Assembly: GCA_965240465.1 (NCBI GenBank)
Contig: OZ251219.1
Location: 32,001 to 96,000 of the forward strand
Length of the DNA stretch: 64,000 nucleotides
Source: a bacterium
GTDB lineage: Bacteria; SAR324; JACQKK01
Reading direction: 5' to 3'
Under the pieces are notes generated by a model. The model did not search any database. It had not been told where the DNA came from and worked only from the letters and a program-made list of their open reading frames with translations. Positions 47,414 to 58,252 of this stretch are shown here, one piece after another. The translations under genes and the position numbers were made by a program. Each line of letters starts with the position of its first letter. Position 1 is the first letter of the stretch.

Positions 47414-49501
47414 TTAGCTAGCTTTGTACGTAGCCACCTGTTCTAGAACTGAAGTAGGCACTGGGTTATAGTGATGGAACTGCATGGTGTAATTGGCACG
47501 TCCTTGGGTCATGGAGCGTAATTGAGTGGAATAGCCAAACATTTCCCCCAGGGGGACTTCAGCCCTAATTACCTGTGCACCACTGCGTTCCTCCATTCCT
47601 TTAACCTTGCCACGGCGGCTACTGAGATCGCCCATCACATCGCCCATGTATTCTTGAGGGACAACCACCTCCACATCCATCACTGGCTCTAGAAGCACTG
47701 GTTTTGCACGCTTTACACCATTTTTAAGGGCTATAGAAGCACAAATCTTAAAAGCGATCTCTGATGAGTCCACTTCGTGAAAAGAACCATCTTTCAGTAC
47801 TACCTTCATATCTACCATGGGATATCCTGCCAGTACTCCGTTATTCATGGCTTCACGTAATCCCTTTTCCACAGCAGGAATATATTCCTTAGGTATTGCA
47901 CCTCCCACAATGCGACTTTCAAACTCAAAGCCCAAGCCAGGCTCCAATGGTTCTATACTCATCAACACATGGGCATACTGACCACGACCACCAGTCTGCT
48001 TAACATACTTGTTCTCCACTTCAGTCTCTTTAGTGATGGTTTCCCTATAAGCCACCTGAGGTTTACCCACATCGCCCTCCACTTTAAATTCACGCATTAG
48101 TCGATCAACTATGATCTCCAAATGCAACTCTCCCATACCAGATATAATAGTTTGATTAGACTCCACATCTGTTTTCACCCGAAAGGAGGGGTCTTCCTGT
48201 GCCAATTTCTGTAGGGCAACGCTCATTTTTTCATAATCGGCCTTGGTTTTAGGTTCTAGAGCTACATCAATCACGGGAGCTGGAAATTCTATTTTTTCTA
48301 GCAATATTGGTTGCTCAACCGAAGAAAGAGTATCACCAGTATTAGCACTAGAAAGACCAATGGCAGCTGCGATATCGCCTGCATATATTTCCCTTACTTC
48401 TTCTCTCTTGTTGGCGTGCATACGCATTATACGCCCTACGCGGTCTTTTTTCTGACGAGTAGAATTAAAAGTCCGCATGCCCTGCTGTAGAACCCCAGAA
48501 TAAACTCGTAAAAAAGTGAGCTGCCCCACATAAGGATCAGTCATAACCTTAAAAGCCAGGGCCGAAAGAGGGGCATCATCTTGAGGTGGGCGGTTTGCCT
48601 TTTCTCCCTTAGCATCTTCACCGACCACATCACCAACATCTATAGGAGAGGGCAAATACTTGACCACCGCATCCAGTAACATTTGCACACCCTTGTTCTT
48701 AAAGGCACTTCCGCAAAGCACTGGAGTTATCTTACCACTAAGCGTTGCCTTACGAATGGCGCGCTCAATTTCTGCAGATTCAAGAGGTTTTTCTTCCAAA
48801 ATTTTCTCAGTGAGAGCATCATCAAACTCAGAAACAGCATCCAGCATACACTCTCGGGCTTCTTCTGCTGCATCTTTGAGATCGGAAGGAACATCTTTTA
48901 CTTCAAATTTGGCACCTAAGGTATCATCAATGAAATAGATAGCCTTCATGGTGACCAAATTCACCATACCCTGAAATAAAGCTTCACTCCCAATAGGAAT
49001 CTGCAAAGCCAATGGACGAGCATTAAGACGCTCGCGAATGGTCTTGATGGAATGATCGAAATCAGAACCTACGCGATCCATCTTGTTGATAAAACAAATG
49101 CGAGGAACATTGTATTTATCAGCCTGCCGCCAGACCGTTTCCGATTGCGGCTCTACACCATTTACAGCGTCAAAAACAGCTACAGCACCATCTAGCACGC
49201 GCAAGGAACGTTCCACCTCAATGGTGAAATCTACATGGCCAGGAGTGTCAATGATATTGATATAATAATTTTCCTTATCTATTTGCCACTGACAAAAAGT
49301 AGCCGCAGAGGTAATCGTAATCCCACGCTCTTGCTCTTGCTCCATCCAATCCATGGTGGAGGCACCATCGTGGACTTCGCCCATTTTGTGGCTACGCCCG
49401 GTGTAATAAAGAATACGTTCAGTAGTGGTGGTTTTACCAGCATCAATGTGTGCCATAATGCCAATGTTGCGATAACGTTCTAAGGGATATTGTCTTGGCA
49501 C
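47414..49501 (-). CDS. fusA: Elongation factor G
   Basis: [31 protein letters not shown]; start reassigned to GTG 49501. Confidence 0.98.
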   Translation of the reverse strand: MPRQYPLERYRNIGIMAHIDAGKTTTTERILYYTGRSHKMGEVHDGASTMDWMEQEQERGITITSAATFCQWQIDKENYYINIIDTPGHVDFTIEVERSLRVLDGAVAVFDAVNGVEPQSETVWRQADKYNVPRICFINKMDRVGSDFDHSIKTIRERLNARPLALQIPIGSEALFQGMVNLVTMKAIYFIDDTLGAKFEVKDVPSDLKDAAEEARECMLDAVSEFDDALTEKILEEKPLESAEIERAIRKATLSGKITPVLCGSAFKNKGVQMLLDAVVKYLPSPIDVGDVVGEDAKGEKANRPPQDDAPLSALAFKVMTDPYVGQLTFLRVYSGVLQQGMRTFNSTRQKKDRVGRIMRMHANKREEVREIYAGDIAAAIGLSSANTGDTLSSVEQPILLEKIEFPAPVIDVALEPKTKADYEKMSVALQKLAQEDPSFRVKTDVESNQTIISGMGELHLEIIVDRLMREFKVEGDVGKPQVAYRETITKETEVENKYVKQTGGRGQYAHVLMSIEPLEPGLGFEFESRIVGGAIPKEYIPAVEKGLREAMNNGVLAGYPMVDMKVVLKDGSFHEVDSSEIAFKICASIALKNGVKRAKPVLLEPVMDVEVVVPQEYMGDVMGDLSSRRGKVKGMEERSGAQVIRAEVPLGEMFGYSTQLRSMTQGRANYTMQFHHYNPVPTSVLEQVATYKAS

Positions 49502-49533
49502 TGTAGTTGTTTCCTTAGAATCGAAAAGCAGGT

Positions 49534-50007
49534 CTACCAACGATAGTGGGCAAACGCTCTATTAGATTCGGCCATGCGGTGGATATCTTCTTTTTTGCGC
49601 ATAGAATTCCCACGCTTGTGGAAAGCATCCAGCAATTCAGCAGATAATTTTTCTTGCATAGAACGCCCTTTACGCTGAATTGCGTTTTGGATAATCCAGC
49701 GGATACTTAATGCTTGGCGACGTTCTGGCCTTACCTCAACAGGCACCTGATAGGTAGAACCTCCTACCCGTCGTGATTTTACTTCCACGGTGGGTTTAAC
49801 ATTCTCAACCGCGGTCTGCACCAACTCCAAAACATGAGTGCGGGATTCCTTGCGTTTTAAATCTTCCATAGCCCGATACAGAATTCCCTGTGCGACACCC
49901 TTTTTGCCATCATTCATCAAGGCATTGATGAATTTGCTGATCAATTCATCCCGATAGATAGGGTCTGGGGGGATGTTTCGTGGTTCTGTGCGTCTTCTAC
50001 GAGACAT
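49534..50007 (-). CDS. rpsG: 30S ribosomal protein S7
   Basis: [27 protein letters not shown]. Confidence 0.99.
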   Translation of the reverse strand: MSRRRRTEPRNIPPDPIYRDELISKFINALMNDGKKGVAQGILYRAMEDLKRKESRTHVLELVQTAVENVKPTVEVKSRRVGGSTYQVPVEVRPERRQALSIRWIIQNAIQRKGRSMQEKLSAELLDAFHKRGNSMRKKEDIHRMAESNRAFAHYRW

Positions 50008-50079
50008 GAATAGGGCACTATAAAAAGGATAAAAATTGCTAATAAATTTTATTGAACAGGGGGAAAAGAAAAATTACCT

Positions 50080-50451
50080 CTACTTGCTACGCTTAGCACC
50101 GTATTTAGAGCGTCCTTGCTTACGATTTTCAGGGGCGGTAGTATCCAAAGTCCCCCGTACCATGTGGTAACGAACCCCTGGCAGATCCTTCACTCGTCCA
50201 CCTCTAATCAGTACCACAGAGTGCTCTTGCAGATTGTGTCCAATACCGGGGATGTAGCTATTTACTTCCATCCCATTAGTTAATCTAACCCGTGCAACCT
50301 TACGCAACGCAGAATTAGGTTTTTTTGGAGTGGTGGTATAAACTCTCACGCAAACTCCACGCTTCTGCGGACAAGATTCTAAAGCAGGAGTATCTGTCTT
50401 GGTGGGTTTGTTCTTGCGTCCTTTGCGCACCATTTGGTTTAAGGTTGGCAT
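50080..50451 (-). CDS. rpsL: 30S ribosomal protein S12
   Basis: [20 protein letters not shown]. Confidence 0.99.
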   Translation of the reverse strand: MPTLNQMVRKGRKNKPTKTDTPALESCPQKRGVCVRVYTTTPKKPNSALRKVARVRLTNGMEVNSYIPGIGHNLQEHSVVLIRGGRVKDLPGVRYHMVRGTLDTTAPENRKQGRSKYGAKRSK

Positions 50452-50744
50452 ACGATGATCTTTCTTGGTCTTGTTATCAATTCCTGCTTAATAATTATTG
50501 CCTAATATTTACTGTTTGGTCACCGCCATTTAATAGATCTTGCCTATATACCAATTTCTACAAATCCTTTTATGCCAAGGACAACAGCAGATGCTAGCAA
50601 ATAAATATCCTTTATGCAATGCACAAAATGCAAGAGAATTGAGCGTAAAAAACAGCTTTGATTATTGATTATGAAGCCTTCTTTCATGCAACATGATTTG
50701 AAGACATATATATTAGCCAAGATTGAAATGAGTAAATATTAAAA

Positions 50745-52694
50745 ATGGTGTTAAAAAATCAAAGGATTGAGGGATGGGGCCAAGATAAGAATTTACGTAA
50801 AGAGGGGGTGCGGTGGATGGTGTTGGTGGCATTGTTATTGGGTCTTCCGTGGTTGAGGCTACAAGATGGGAGTCAGAGTGGCGAGTTAGTATTGTATCCC
50901 TTGCACTTCCTATTAGGGGGGTTATTTTTGCTACAGGCGATATTTTTGTGGAGAAGAAACTGCCTAGGTATACCTCGTCGGGCAGTGTTATGGGCAATGG
51001 GATCATTGTTGCTACTGTTGCTGTTTATGTTAACGACACTGTTGTGGGAAAAACAGTGGGCGACAGCAGCAGTGTTGTCGACTGCAATAATAGCTAATCT
51101 GGGTTGGGGGGCAGTAGCTTTTCAGTGTGGTATGAGAACTAAGAATGGATTACAATTTGGTACGATCGCTTTTTTACTGCTTTTGGGAGGGCTTGTTTTG
51201 GGAGGGCTACAGTGGATGGGTACTCAATTGTGGCCTTGGGCTTGTAATGTGCTTCCTTGTCTAGCTGGTAGAGAGCATCTACCACGGCGTTTTATGGGAG
51301 GATTTGTCGGTGCGGACCAATATTTACTGTTTTTGGTAGTTTTGCTACCCGCGTGGGGAAATGTTTTGTTTGGTTGGTTCCGCCAATCGCTGGTAACCGG
51401 GCGTTTCTTGTTATTATTGACCTTTGTGTTGGTAGTAGGAGTGACTGTTCTGCTGGCAATGTCCTTGGTGATGGCAGTATTTTTGTTGCTGTGCTGGCTG
51501 ATATTACACTGGATATTGAAGCTGATGGGAGAATCTAGAGATGTACAGCTACTGGGAGGCATGGTTTTATTGATTTTAGCTGGAGGGCTGTGGGTTTATC
51601 AGGTAGTCCCGGGTTATGCTGATCATTTTCCTTTGGTAGAAACTACTTTGCGGCATGGACGTGAGGCAAAATTGGTGGTGCTTAATGAAGAATTTCCCTT
51701 AAAAGCAACTCGATATGGTCCCATTGAGGTAGAGCTGGAATTAACAAATACTGGCCGGCTAAACCTAGGCACCCAGGCAGAAGCTCCCGTACGAATAATG
51801 GCTAGAGTACTGGTGGAAGAACCACCCGGTAACAACCATCTTACAGAGACGATATTGTTGCAACCATTGTTGTTATCAAAGCCTCTTTTAACGGGCGAGC
51901 AGCTTAGATTGCCAGTACATGTCACACTACCAAATTGGGCGGAGCGTGGACATATGGAATTTTTACTGGATAACGGTGATGGGTCCGTGGTTCGTCTTGC
52001 CAAAGACTCAAAAACCTATATTAGCTTTGAATTACCGGGTGGAAAATCTACTCTTCTCACTAAAGAAAATAACGTAGGCACCATCATGGCACAAGCATGG
52101 CAACCATTGCGAGAAAAAGAGGTGAAAATGATGCAAAGAACAAACACTCTCACCTTAGAAACCCTAGCACGCGATACTATAGACACCATTTTATTCGCCC
52201 CTTTTTTAGGCATCGGCAGTCTTAGTAAAATCAAGCCAGTAGATGAACGAGGGCCATTTTTATTACGTTTGTTTAGGGGTTTCGGCTTAGTGGGACTAAT
52301 ACTGGCACTTTGGACACCATCCTTGCTGTTATTTTACGTATGGCAAGCCTTCCGACTTAGAGACTCAAAAAACAATGGATTGTCGCCGCTTTTAATGGGA
52401 ATTTCTGTGATAATATTGTCGGTAGCAGGATTATTTTCGGCCAGCGTGGGGAATTATCATATGCTGTGGGCACTCAGCCTGCACTTGGGGTACGTACAAG
52501 GAAGAGCTGTTGCTTCAATCCCCAACAGGGGAGCAATAAATTACTCGGAGATGTTGTTACCAAGACCATGGCAACAGGTATCTGTCCGGGTCATTAAGGG
52601 GCTGTACTCATACGTTCCATTCCTTCGCAAGAGATTCCATGTTCGCCTGTGGAAATTGCTCACTGGCCGGCAACACAACAAAAACAAGAAATAA
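50745..52694 (+). CDS. Polytopic membrane protein, O-antigen ligase/Wzy-like topology with an inserted soluble Ig-like domain
   Basis: About 10 N-terminal TM helices, R..G.F motif, VELELTNTG...PLLTGE..RL.V.V..P beta domain, APFLGIG, three C-terminal TM helices. Confidence 0.45.
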   Translation: MVLKNQRIEGWGQDKNLRKEGVRWMVLVALLLGLPWLRLQDGSQSGELVLYPLHFLLGGLFLLQAIFLWRRNCLGIPRRAVLWAMGSLLLLLLFMLTTLLWEKQWATAAVLSTAIIANLGWGAVAFQCGMRTKNGLQFGTIAFLLLLGGLVLGGLQWMGTQLWPWACNVLPCLAGREHLPRRFMGGFVGADQYLLFLVVLLPAWGNVLFGWFRQSLVTGRFLLLLTFVLVVGVTVLLAMSLVMAVFLLLCWLILHWILKLMGESRDVQLLGGMVLLILAGGLWVYQVVPGYADHFPLVETTLRHGREAKLVVLNEEFPLKATRYGPIEVELELTNTGRLNLGTQAEAPVRIMARVLVEEPPGNNHLTETILLQPLLLSKPLLTGEQLRLPVHVTLPNWAERGHMEFLLDNGDGSVVRLAKDSKTYISFELPGGKSTLLTKENNVGTIMAQAWQPLREKEVKMMQRTNTLTLETLARDTIDTILFAPFLGIGSLSKIKPVDERGPFLLRLFRGFGLVGLILALWTPSLLLFYVWQAFRLRDSKNNGLSPLLMGISVIILSVAGLFSASVGNYHMLWALSLHLGYVQGRAVASIPNRGAINYSEMLLPRPWQQVSVRVIKGLYSYVPFLRKRFHVRLWKLLTGRQHNKNKK

Positions 52695-53689
52695 TGTTCT
52701 TCAGTTTTAATAATTTTTTTATGGTCAGCTCCAAAAGTACATTCAAAAACCCCTCTGAGACTTCTATTTCTCGCCCGCATCAAAAGATGGCACACAACAA
52801 AAAAACATCCTCGCAGTCGCCTTTGGCATCATCTTCTGCACCTTCAGAATATCCAAAATCTAAGGGAAAACAGCGTCGCTGGCTACACATTTGGCTACCT
52901 AAGGCTCAAAAAGAAGCACGGCTCGGGATAGAACAGCTGGGCAAGACCAGCATCAACTGGCTGGAAGAAACTGGAGCTTTGGGCCTACAATTTATACAGA
53001 CATTCCGCTTGGCTTTTTGCCCACCATATCGCTGGAAGCTGTTGTTTAAACAAATGGAATTCATTGGTAATAAATCACTAGGAATAGTTGTACTGAGTGG
53101 TCTATTTACGGGCATGGTACTCACTTTTCAAAGTTATCGTTCGCTACGTGAATTCGGTTCAGAATCCATCGTAGGCGGACTGGTGGCTGTATCTATGGTA
53201 AGAGAACTGGGACCCGTACTATCGGCTTTGATGGTCAATGCCCGAGCTGGATCGGCCATTGCAGCCGAAGTAGCTTCCATGAGAGTGACTGAGCAAATTG
53301 ATGCCTTACTAGCCATGGCGGTTAATCCTATCCAGTACCTAATTACACCTAGGGTGCTGGCAGGCTTGATCATGATGCCAATGCTGACAGTAATTGCAGA
53401 TTTAACCGGCCTGATGGGTAGCTATCTAGTGGGAGTATTGCTACTGAAGGTGGACCCTGGAATCTTTGTTACAAAAATCAGAGATTTTCTAAGCTTTAGC
53501 GACATCTTGCAGGGATCCTTTAAGGCAGCTGTGTTTGGGATTACTTTAACTCAGGTAGGCTGTTTTAATGGCTACCATACCCATGGCGGTGCAGAAGGAG
53601 TAGGGCGGGCAACTACTAAAGCGGTGGTAGTATCATCAGTTTTGATATTGATGTTTGATTATTTAATTACTGTTTTTTGGCAATCTTAA
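52694..53689 (+). CDS. mlaE: MlaE-family lipid asymmetry ABC permease
   Basis: RELGPVL, GSAIAAE.ASMRVTEQIDAL, GGAEGVGRATT. Start uncertain. Confidence 0.93.
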   Translation: MFFSFNNFFMVSSKSTFKNPSETSISRPHQKMAHNKKTSSQSPLASSSAPSEYPKSKGKQRRWLHIWLPKAQKEARLGIEQLGKTSINWLEETGALGLQFIQTFRLAFCPPYRWKLLFKQMEFIGNKSLGIVVLSGLFTGMVLTFQSYRSLREFGSESIVGGLVAVSMVRELGPVLSALMVNARAGSAIAAEVASMRVTEQIDALLAMAVNPIQYLITPRVLAGLIMMPMLTVIADLTGLMGSYLVGVLLLKVDPGIFVTKIRDFLSFSDILQGSFKAAVFGITLTQVGCFNGYHTHGGAEGVGRATTKAVVVSSVLILMFDYLITVFWQS

Positions 53690-53819
53690 TGCATAACCAA
53701 TATTGTTACACTAATAGCACCAGTCCCTTAGGACTATTTCGCTAGTTATTTTATATTGTCTTTAGGTTAAAACGTAGACTTACCTCAGGGTAATCCAAAC
53801 AGCTAAAGGAAGCTTATTT

Positions 53820-55400
53820 GTGAATCGTTTATCTGTGGAACTCAAGGTTGGCCTACTCATCCTCTCAGGGATGTTGATAACGGTATACGCTTCTGTGGCG
53901 GTGACGGGCTGGCGTCCTGGGCAGGGAGATACTTATACATTGTTTGCCAATGTTGAAAATGCTTCTGGATTGCTACCTGGTTCGCCAGTACAGGTAGCTG
54001 GAGTACGGGTTGGAAAGGTGGACGATATTTCCTTAGACGGCAATGAAGCCCGCATGAGGCTAAATTTGTTCAGTCGCTATGTTACTTATTCTGATGCCGA
54101 AATTTCCATTAGATCATTGGGGATTTTGGGCGATAAATATGTGAACCTAAATCTGGGCAGTAAATCAGCAACTCCGTTACCTCCTGGGGGTGAAATTTCG
54201 TTGATAGGTCCCAATACGGGATTAGAAAACCTAGTGAGTAGTATTAGTAATATTGTGTCTGATGTTAGTAATGTCACCAGTGCCCTGCAGGACTCGTTCG
54301 GAAGTAAGCGCGGCCGCAAAAGATTGGAGGCAGTTATGGAAAATATTTCTTTTGCCACTGAAAACATTCACAACATAACCAAAGTTACTAACCAACAAAT
54401 AGAATACATTTTATTCAATCTGCGTGAATTCACGGATAATGTTAACCGCATTTCCAAAGATAATGAAGATGACATCCGTCGTTTAGTAAAGGGATTCGCC
54501 ACATTTGGTGAACAACTGGCCAACATCTCTTCAGCCAATCGCAAGGAAATTGACTCTATCATTCAAAATGTAGAAATATTCTCAGGTGCCCTAGCTGAAA
54601 ACGGACCCAGTATCATACGCGATCTCCGCTTGTTGCTAACCAACAATCGCCAAAAAATTGCTGAAACTGTGGATAACATTAACAACGCTTTTATTCATCT
54701 GGAGGATGCCATGGTGCATGTGGAATCCATCTCAGCTAAGCTAGACGAAGGCGAAGGCACCTTTGGGCGGTTGATTAATGATGACACCACCGTCAACAAC
54801 CTAGACTCAGCTTTGTCTGGAGCTAGCAATTTCTTTGGAAGTACTGGTCGCTTAAAACTGGATGTAGGAGGCCATGTAGAGTACCTTACCCAGGCAGGTA
54901 GCTACAAATCCTTCATTGATCTGCGCTTGAGACCTTTGAAAGACCGCTTTTATGAAATTCAGCTGGTAAAGGACCCTAGAGGCTCCAAAAGAAAGAAGAC
55001 CACTTACACCACTGAAAACGAAGTCACCACTAAAAAGGAAGAAGAAACAACCACAGAAGATATGGAGCTATCTATCAGTATAGGCCAACGCTACTATGAT
55101 ACCATCATACAAGGCGGACTAATAGAAAACTCATTCGGTATCAACCTGCAACAACTATTTGGCCGCCGAGACCAATTCAGTCTGGGAACAAGCATTTGGG
55201 ACTTAGAACGCGATGAAGGAGCTCATCTCAAGCTATATGGTATCTGGCGTGCATTATCTAATACTTTCCTAATTGCAGGGCAAGACGACGTCATCAATAA
55301 CCAACCTGACCAAGTTAATCCTTTTGTCGGGGTAGGCATCCACTTCAATGAGGACTCTCTGCGTCCTTTGGTAGGCACCATAGGGGGGCTAGGACAATAA
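53820..55400 (+). CDS. MCE/MlaD family protein with long coiled coil and C-terminal beta domain
   Basis: GL..GSPV.VAGV.VG.V, GILGDKYV.L, GEGTFGRLIND. Confidence 0.9.
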   Translation: MNRLSVELKVGLLILSGMLITVYASVAVTGWRPGQGDTYTLFANVENASGLLPGSPVQVAGVRVGKVDDISLDGNEARMRLNLFSRYVTYSDAEISIRSLGILGDKYVNLNLGSKSATPLPPGGEISLIGPNTGLENLVSSISNIVSDVSNVTSALQDSFGSKRGRKRLEAVMENISFATENIHNITKVTNQQIEYILFNLREFTDNVNRISKDNEDDIRRLVKGFATFGEQLANISSANRKEIDSIIQNVEIFSGALAENGPSIIRDLRLLLTNNRQKIAETVDNINNAFIHLEDAMVHVESISAKLDEGEGTFGRLINDDTTVNNLDSALSGASNFFGSTGRLKLDVGGHVEYLTQAGSYKSFIDLRLRPLKDRFYEIQLVKDPRGSKRKKTTYTTENEVTTKKEEETTTEDMELSISIGQRYYDTIIQGGLIENSFGINLQQLFGRRDQFSLGTSIWDLERDEGAHLKLYGIWRALSNTFLIAGQDDVINNQPDQVNPFVGVGIHFNEDSLRPLVGTIGGLGQ

Positions 55401-55482
55401 CCTTCAGCAACCATCTGCACATTTATTCCACTTTCTCACCACTATCTTCTTCAACTAAAATAGCATTTGAAAAAAGATACGG

Positions 55483-55893
55483 ATGTCATCTTCACAACAC
55501 CCACCTACGCCTATAAGTATGGTGCTAAAAACCGTGCTGGATAGTCCAGAACACTACCGTACTCTCATCTTCCAGGTAATTTGTGACCACTGGAATACCA
55601 TCGTCAACAATCCAGATATTGTACGCTCCTCTGCACCCATTAAATTAGTCAAAGGTACTCTGTTTATAGGCTCTACCAACCCCACCTGGACATATGAACT
55701 CCAGCTCATGCAACCACACCTGTCGCAAGCGATCCAAAAACTATGTGGCTCGCAGAGCATCAAAGCATTTCGCTTCCAGCACGTTTCTCAACTACCTAAA
55801 AAAACCACTTCCCTGCCCACAGCAGTTGCCATCCAGCTTTCCAACTCCGCCAAAAAACACTTTCAGCAACTCCGAGTACAACTGCGTTCATAA
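55483..55893 (+). CDS. DUF721/DciA family protein
   Basis: W..IV......S.P.....GTL.I......W..ELQL....L...I pattern. Confidence 0.75.
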   Translation: MSSSQHPPTPISMVLKTVLDSPEHYRTLIFQVICDHWNTIVNNPDIVRSSAPIKLVKGTLFIGSTNPTWTYELQLMQPHLSQAIQKLCGSQSIKAFRFQHVSQLPKKTTSLPTAVAIQLSNSAKKHFQQLRVQLRS

Positions 55894-55988
55894 CTACCAA
55901 GTCAATGGTAAATTGTAGTCAACCATATTTTTGTAGAAAAAATAATGGCAAGGCCAATTGTACAAAGCAATGAGGCATTTTTTAATGA

Positions 55989-56828
55989 TTGTTGATGTTA
56001 GATGCACACACTCACTTAATAGACCATTCCTTTGCAAATGACCTTCCCCTGGTTTTGCAAGCTTCCGCTAAGGCAGGAGTACGAGGAATCGTGGTGGTCG
56101 GACAGAATGCAGATGAAAATGAGAAGGTGTTAAATTTGGTAAAGCAACAGGCAAGCAAGAACACAAATCTTCCTTTTTTGTTGCCTTTTCTGGGTTTCCA
56201 TCCCGATTTGTTTGCTGATTCCAAGCCTCTGCCTACCAAGCAAGATTGGGAGAGGGTAATCTTGCAAATTGAACATCACGCAAATGAGATAAAAGGAAGG
56301 GGAGGAATAGGCGAGGTAGGATTAGATGATTTTGTTTGCCGCACAAGGGAAAGAAGGCATCTGCAACGTGAAGCATTTGAGCAATTAGTACACGTGGCAA
56401 TTAATCTTGGACTGCCATTGAATGTTCATTCACGAAGCTGCGGCAAGCGGACTCTGGAACTGCTACTAAGGATGGGTGCTAAACAGGTACTGATGCATGC
56501 CTTTGACGGCAAAGCAGGACACGCAATGCTAGGAGCCGAAATGGGGTACGTTTTTTCGGTACCTGCAACGGTGATACATTCTGAACAGAAGCAAAGGATG
56601 GTAAGGGCATTGCCATTGCATGCCTTAGCCTTAGAAACCGATAGCCCTGCTTTAGGACCACTAGCAGGTGAACGCAATACTCCGATGAATGTATGTATTG
56701 TCCGGGATTGCCTAGCTAAATTAAAGCATCTCACTGCAACAGAAATAACCTATGTCACCACCCAAAACATTCAGCGAGTCTTTGCCCTCTCATTCCAAGG
56801 GAAACCAGACCAGCAAGCAACAAATTGA
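55989..56828 (+). CDS. TatD family nuclease
   Basis: DAHTHL, IGEVGLD, NVHSR, LMHAF, LETDSP. Confidence 0.93.
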   Translation: MLMLDAHTHLIDHSFANDLPLVLQASAKAGVRGIVVVGQNADENEKVLNLVKQQASKNTNLPFLLPFLGFHPDLFADSKPLPTKQDWERVILQIEHHANEIKGRGGIGEVGLDDFVCRTRERRHLQREAFEQLVHVAINLGLPLNVHSRSCGKRTLELLLRMGAKQVLMHAFDGKAGHAMLGAEMGYVFSVPATVIHSEQKQRMVRALPLHALALETDSPALGPLAGERNTPMNVCIVRDCLAKLKHLTATEITYVTTQNIQRVFALSFQGKPDQQATN

Positions 56829-56913
56829 TAATCGCATTACCCAGCAAGATGCGTCTTCAACCGAAAAGAGAAAGGCGGCACTCCCCTGCATAGTAATCAA
56901 TGCTCGCGGAGGA

Positions 56914-57429
56914 ATGATATTTCGGATACGTGCGTTTGAAAGAAAAGACATAGACAGCCTCTATTTTTTAATGCATCGCTGTTGTCCACCTAAATTGATG
57001 CCGTCGTTTGAACAATTGCTTCACTTGTTATTACAGCCGAATTCAGCTGTATTGGTCGCTCAGCTGATACAGGGAGATTCATTCGGTTTGGCGGGAGGGG
57101 TACTCGTTTGCTGGGATAAAAGTGGCTCTGTGATGGAATTATGCTGGTGTGGAACACATGAACATTTTCGCCGTCGTGGATTAGGAAGAGGAATGATGAA
57201 AGTGGTAAAAGATCTGGCCATTCGCCAAGGATTGCAGGAATTGGTGAAGGGAATAGAAAAAGAAAACCAAACAGGCCAAGATTTCTTAACAGCCCTAGGT
57301 TTTCATGATAGCAACCACGAACATCCTGTGCTCTGGGGAAAAATTAAGGGACATGCATGGCGGCTAAAACTATCTGCTTCAGCTTCTTCTACGGCACAGA
57401 TTCATGATAAGAAAAAAAGCAAAGGATAA
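56914..57429 (+). CDS. GNAT family N-acetyltransferase
   Basis: FRRRGLGR.MM, N..G..F...LGF; start after GGAGGA. Confidence 0.75.
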   Translation: MIFRIRAFERKDIDSLYFLMHRCCPPKLMPSFEQLLHLLLQPNSAVLVAQLIQGDSFGLAGGVLVCWDKSGSVMELCWCGTHEHFRRRGLGRGMMKVVKDLAIRQGLQELVKGIEKENQTGQDFLTALGFHDSNHEHPVLWGKIKGHAWRLKLSASASSTAQIHDKKKSKG

Positions 57430-57432
57430 TGC

Positions 57433-58233
57433 ATGAAATCCTGTGGCATCATCACATTGACAACCGATTTTGGCGACAATGACGGCTTTGTAGGAGCCAT
57501 GCGAGGACGTTTATTACGATTAGCCCCTCAAGCACTTGTTTATGATATCAGCCATAACAATCCCCCCCAAGATATTTATGCCGCCGCTTGGTGTTTGCGT
57601 CGTGCTGCCCCTGAGTGGCCACAGGGAACTATTCATATGGCAGTAGTAGATCCAGAAGTAGGATCTGATAGGGAAGCTCTCGCTATTTGCTCACCTCAAG
57701 GATGGTTTATTGGCCCCGATAACGGGGTACTCACTCTGGCAGCAGAACACCAAGGCATCTCGCAAGTATGGGCTATAGACAGGCAAGCTTTGTCACCTAA
57801 TAATTCCAAGGAAAAAACAACCACCTTTGACGGCCTCAATCTATTTGTTCCCCTCGCAGTAAAATTACTACAAGGTACTGCTCTGAGTTCCCTTGGACAA
57901 GAAATAGAAGACTATAACCGCATTAAGCTTACTAACCCGATAAAAAGGGGTAATTGGCTAATAGGACACGCATTATTACCAGATCGCTTTGGTAACTGTA
58001 TTACGGACATAACCCGCGAAGACCTACCTCAGCTGAGGCAAATCCAAACCATTCAATGTGGTAAAAATTATGCTCGTACCTGCACTCATTACAGCGAGCT
58101 ATTAAAGAAAGATGAGGTGGGAGCTTTATTCAATAGCAGCGGATACTTAGAATTAGCTATATTCTGCAAATCTGTTTGGAAACACTGGAATCTGCATCAA
58201 GGGGCTGAAATTCAAATACAACTAGAATCCTAA
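57433..58233 (+). CDS. DUF62 / SAM hydroxide adenosyltransferase-halogenase family protein
   Basis: TLTTDFG, DISH, VVDP.VG..R, GPDNGVL, DRFGN..T.I, SSGYLELA. Confidence 0.9.
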   Translation: MKSCGIITLTTDFGDNDGFVGAMRGRLLRLAPQALVYDISHNNPPQDIYAAAWCLRRAAPEWPQGTIHMAVVDPEVGSDREALAICSPQGWFIGPDNGVLTLAAEHQGISQVWAIDRQALSPNNSKEKTTTFDGLNLFVPLAVKLLQGTALSSLGQEIEDYNRIKLTNPIKRGNWLIGHALLPDRFGNCITDITREDLPQLRQIQTIQCGKNYARTCTHYSELLKKDEVGALFNSSGYLELAIFCKSVWKHWNLHQGAEIQIQLES

Positions 58234-58252
58234 CCACAGGCAAGTTATCCAT

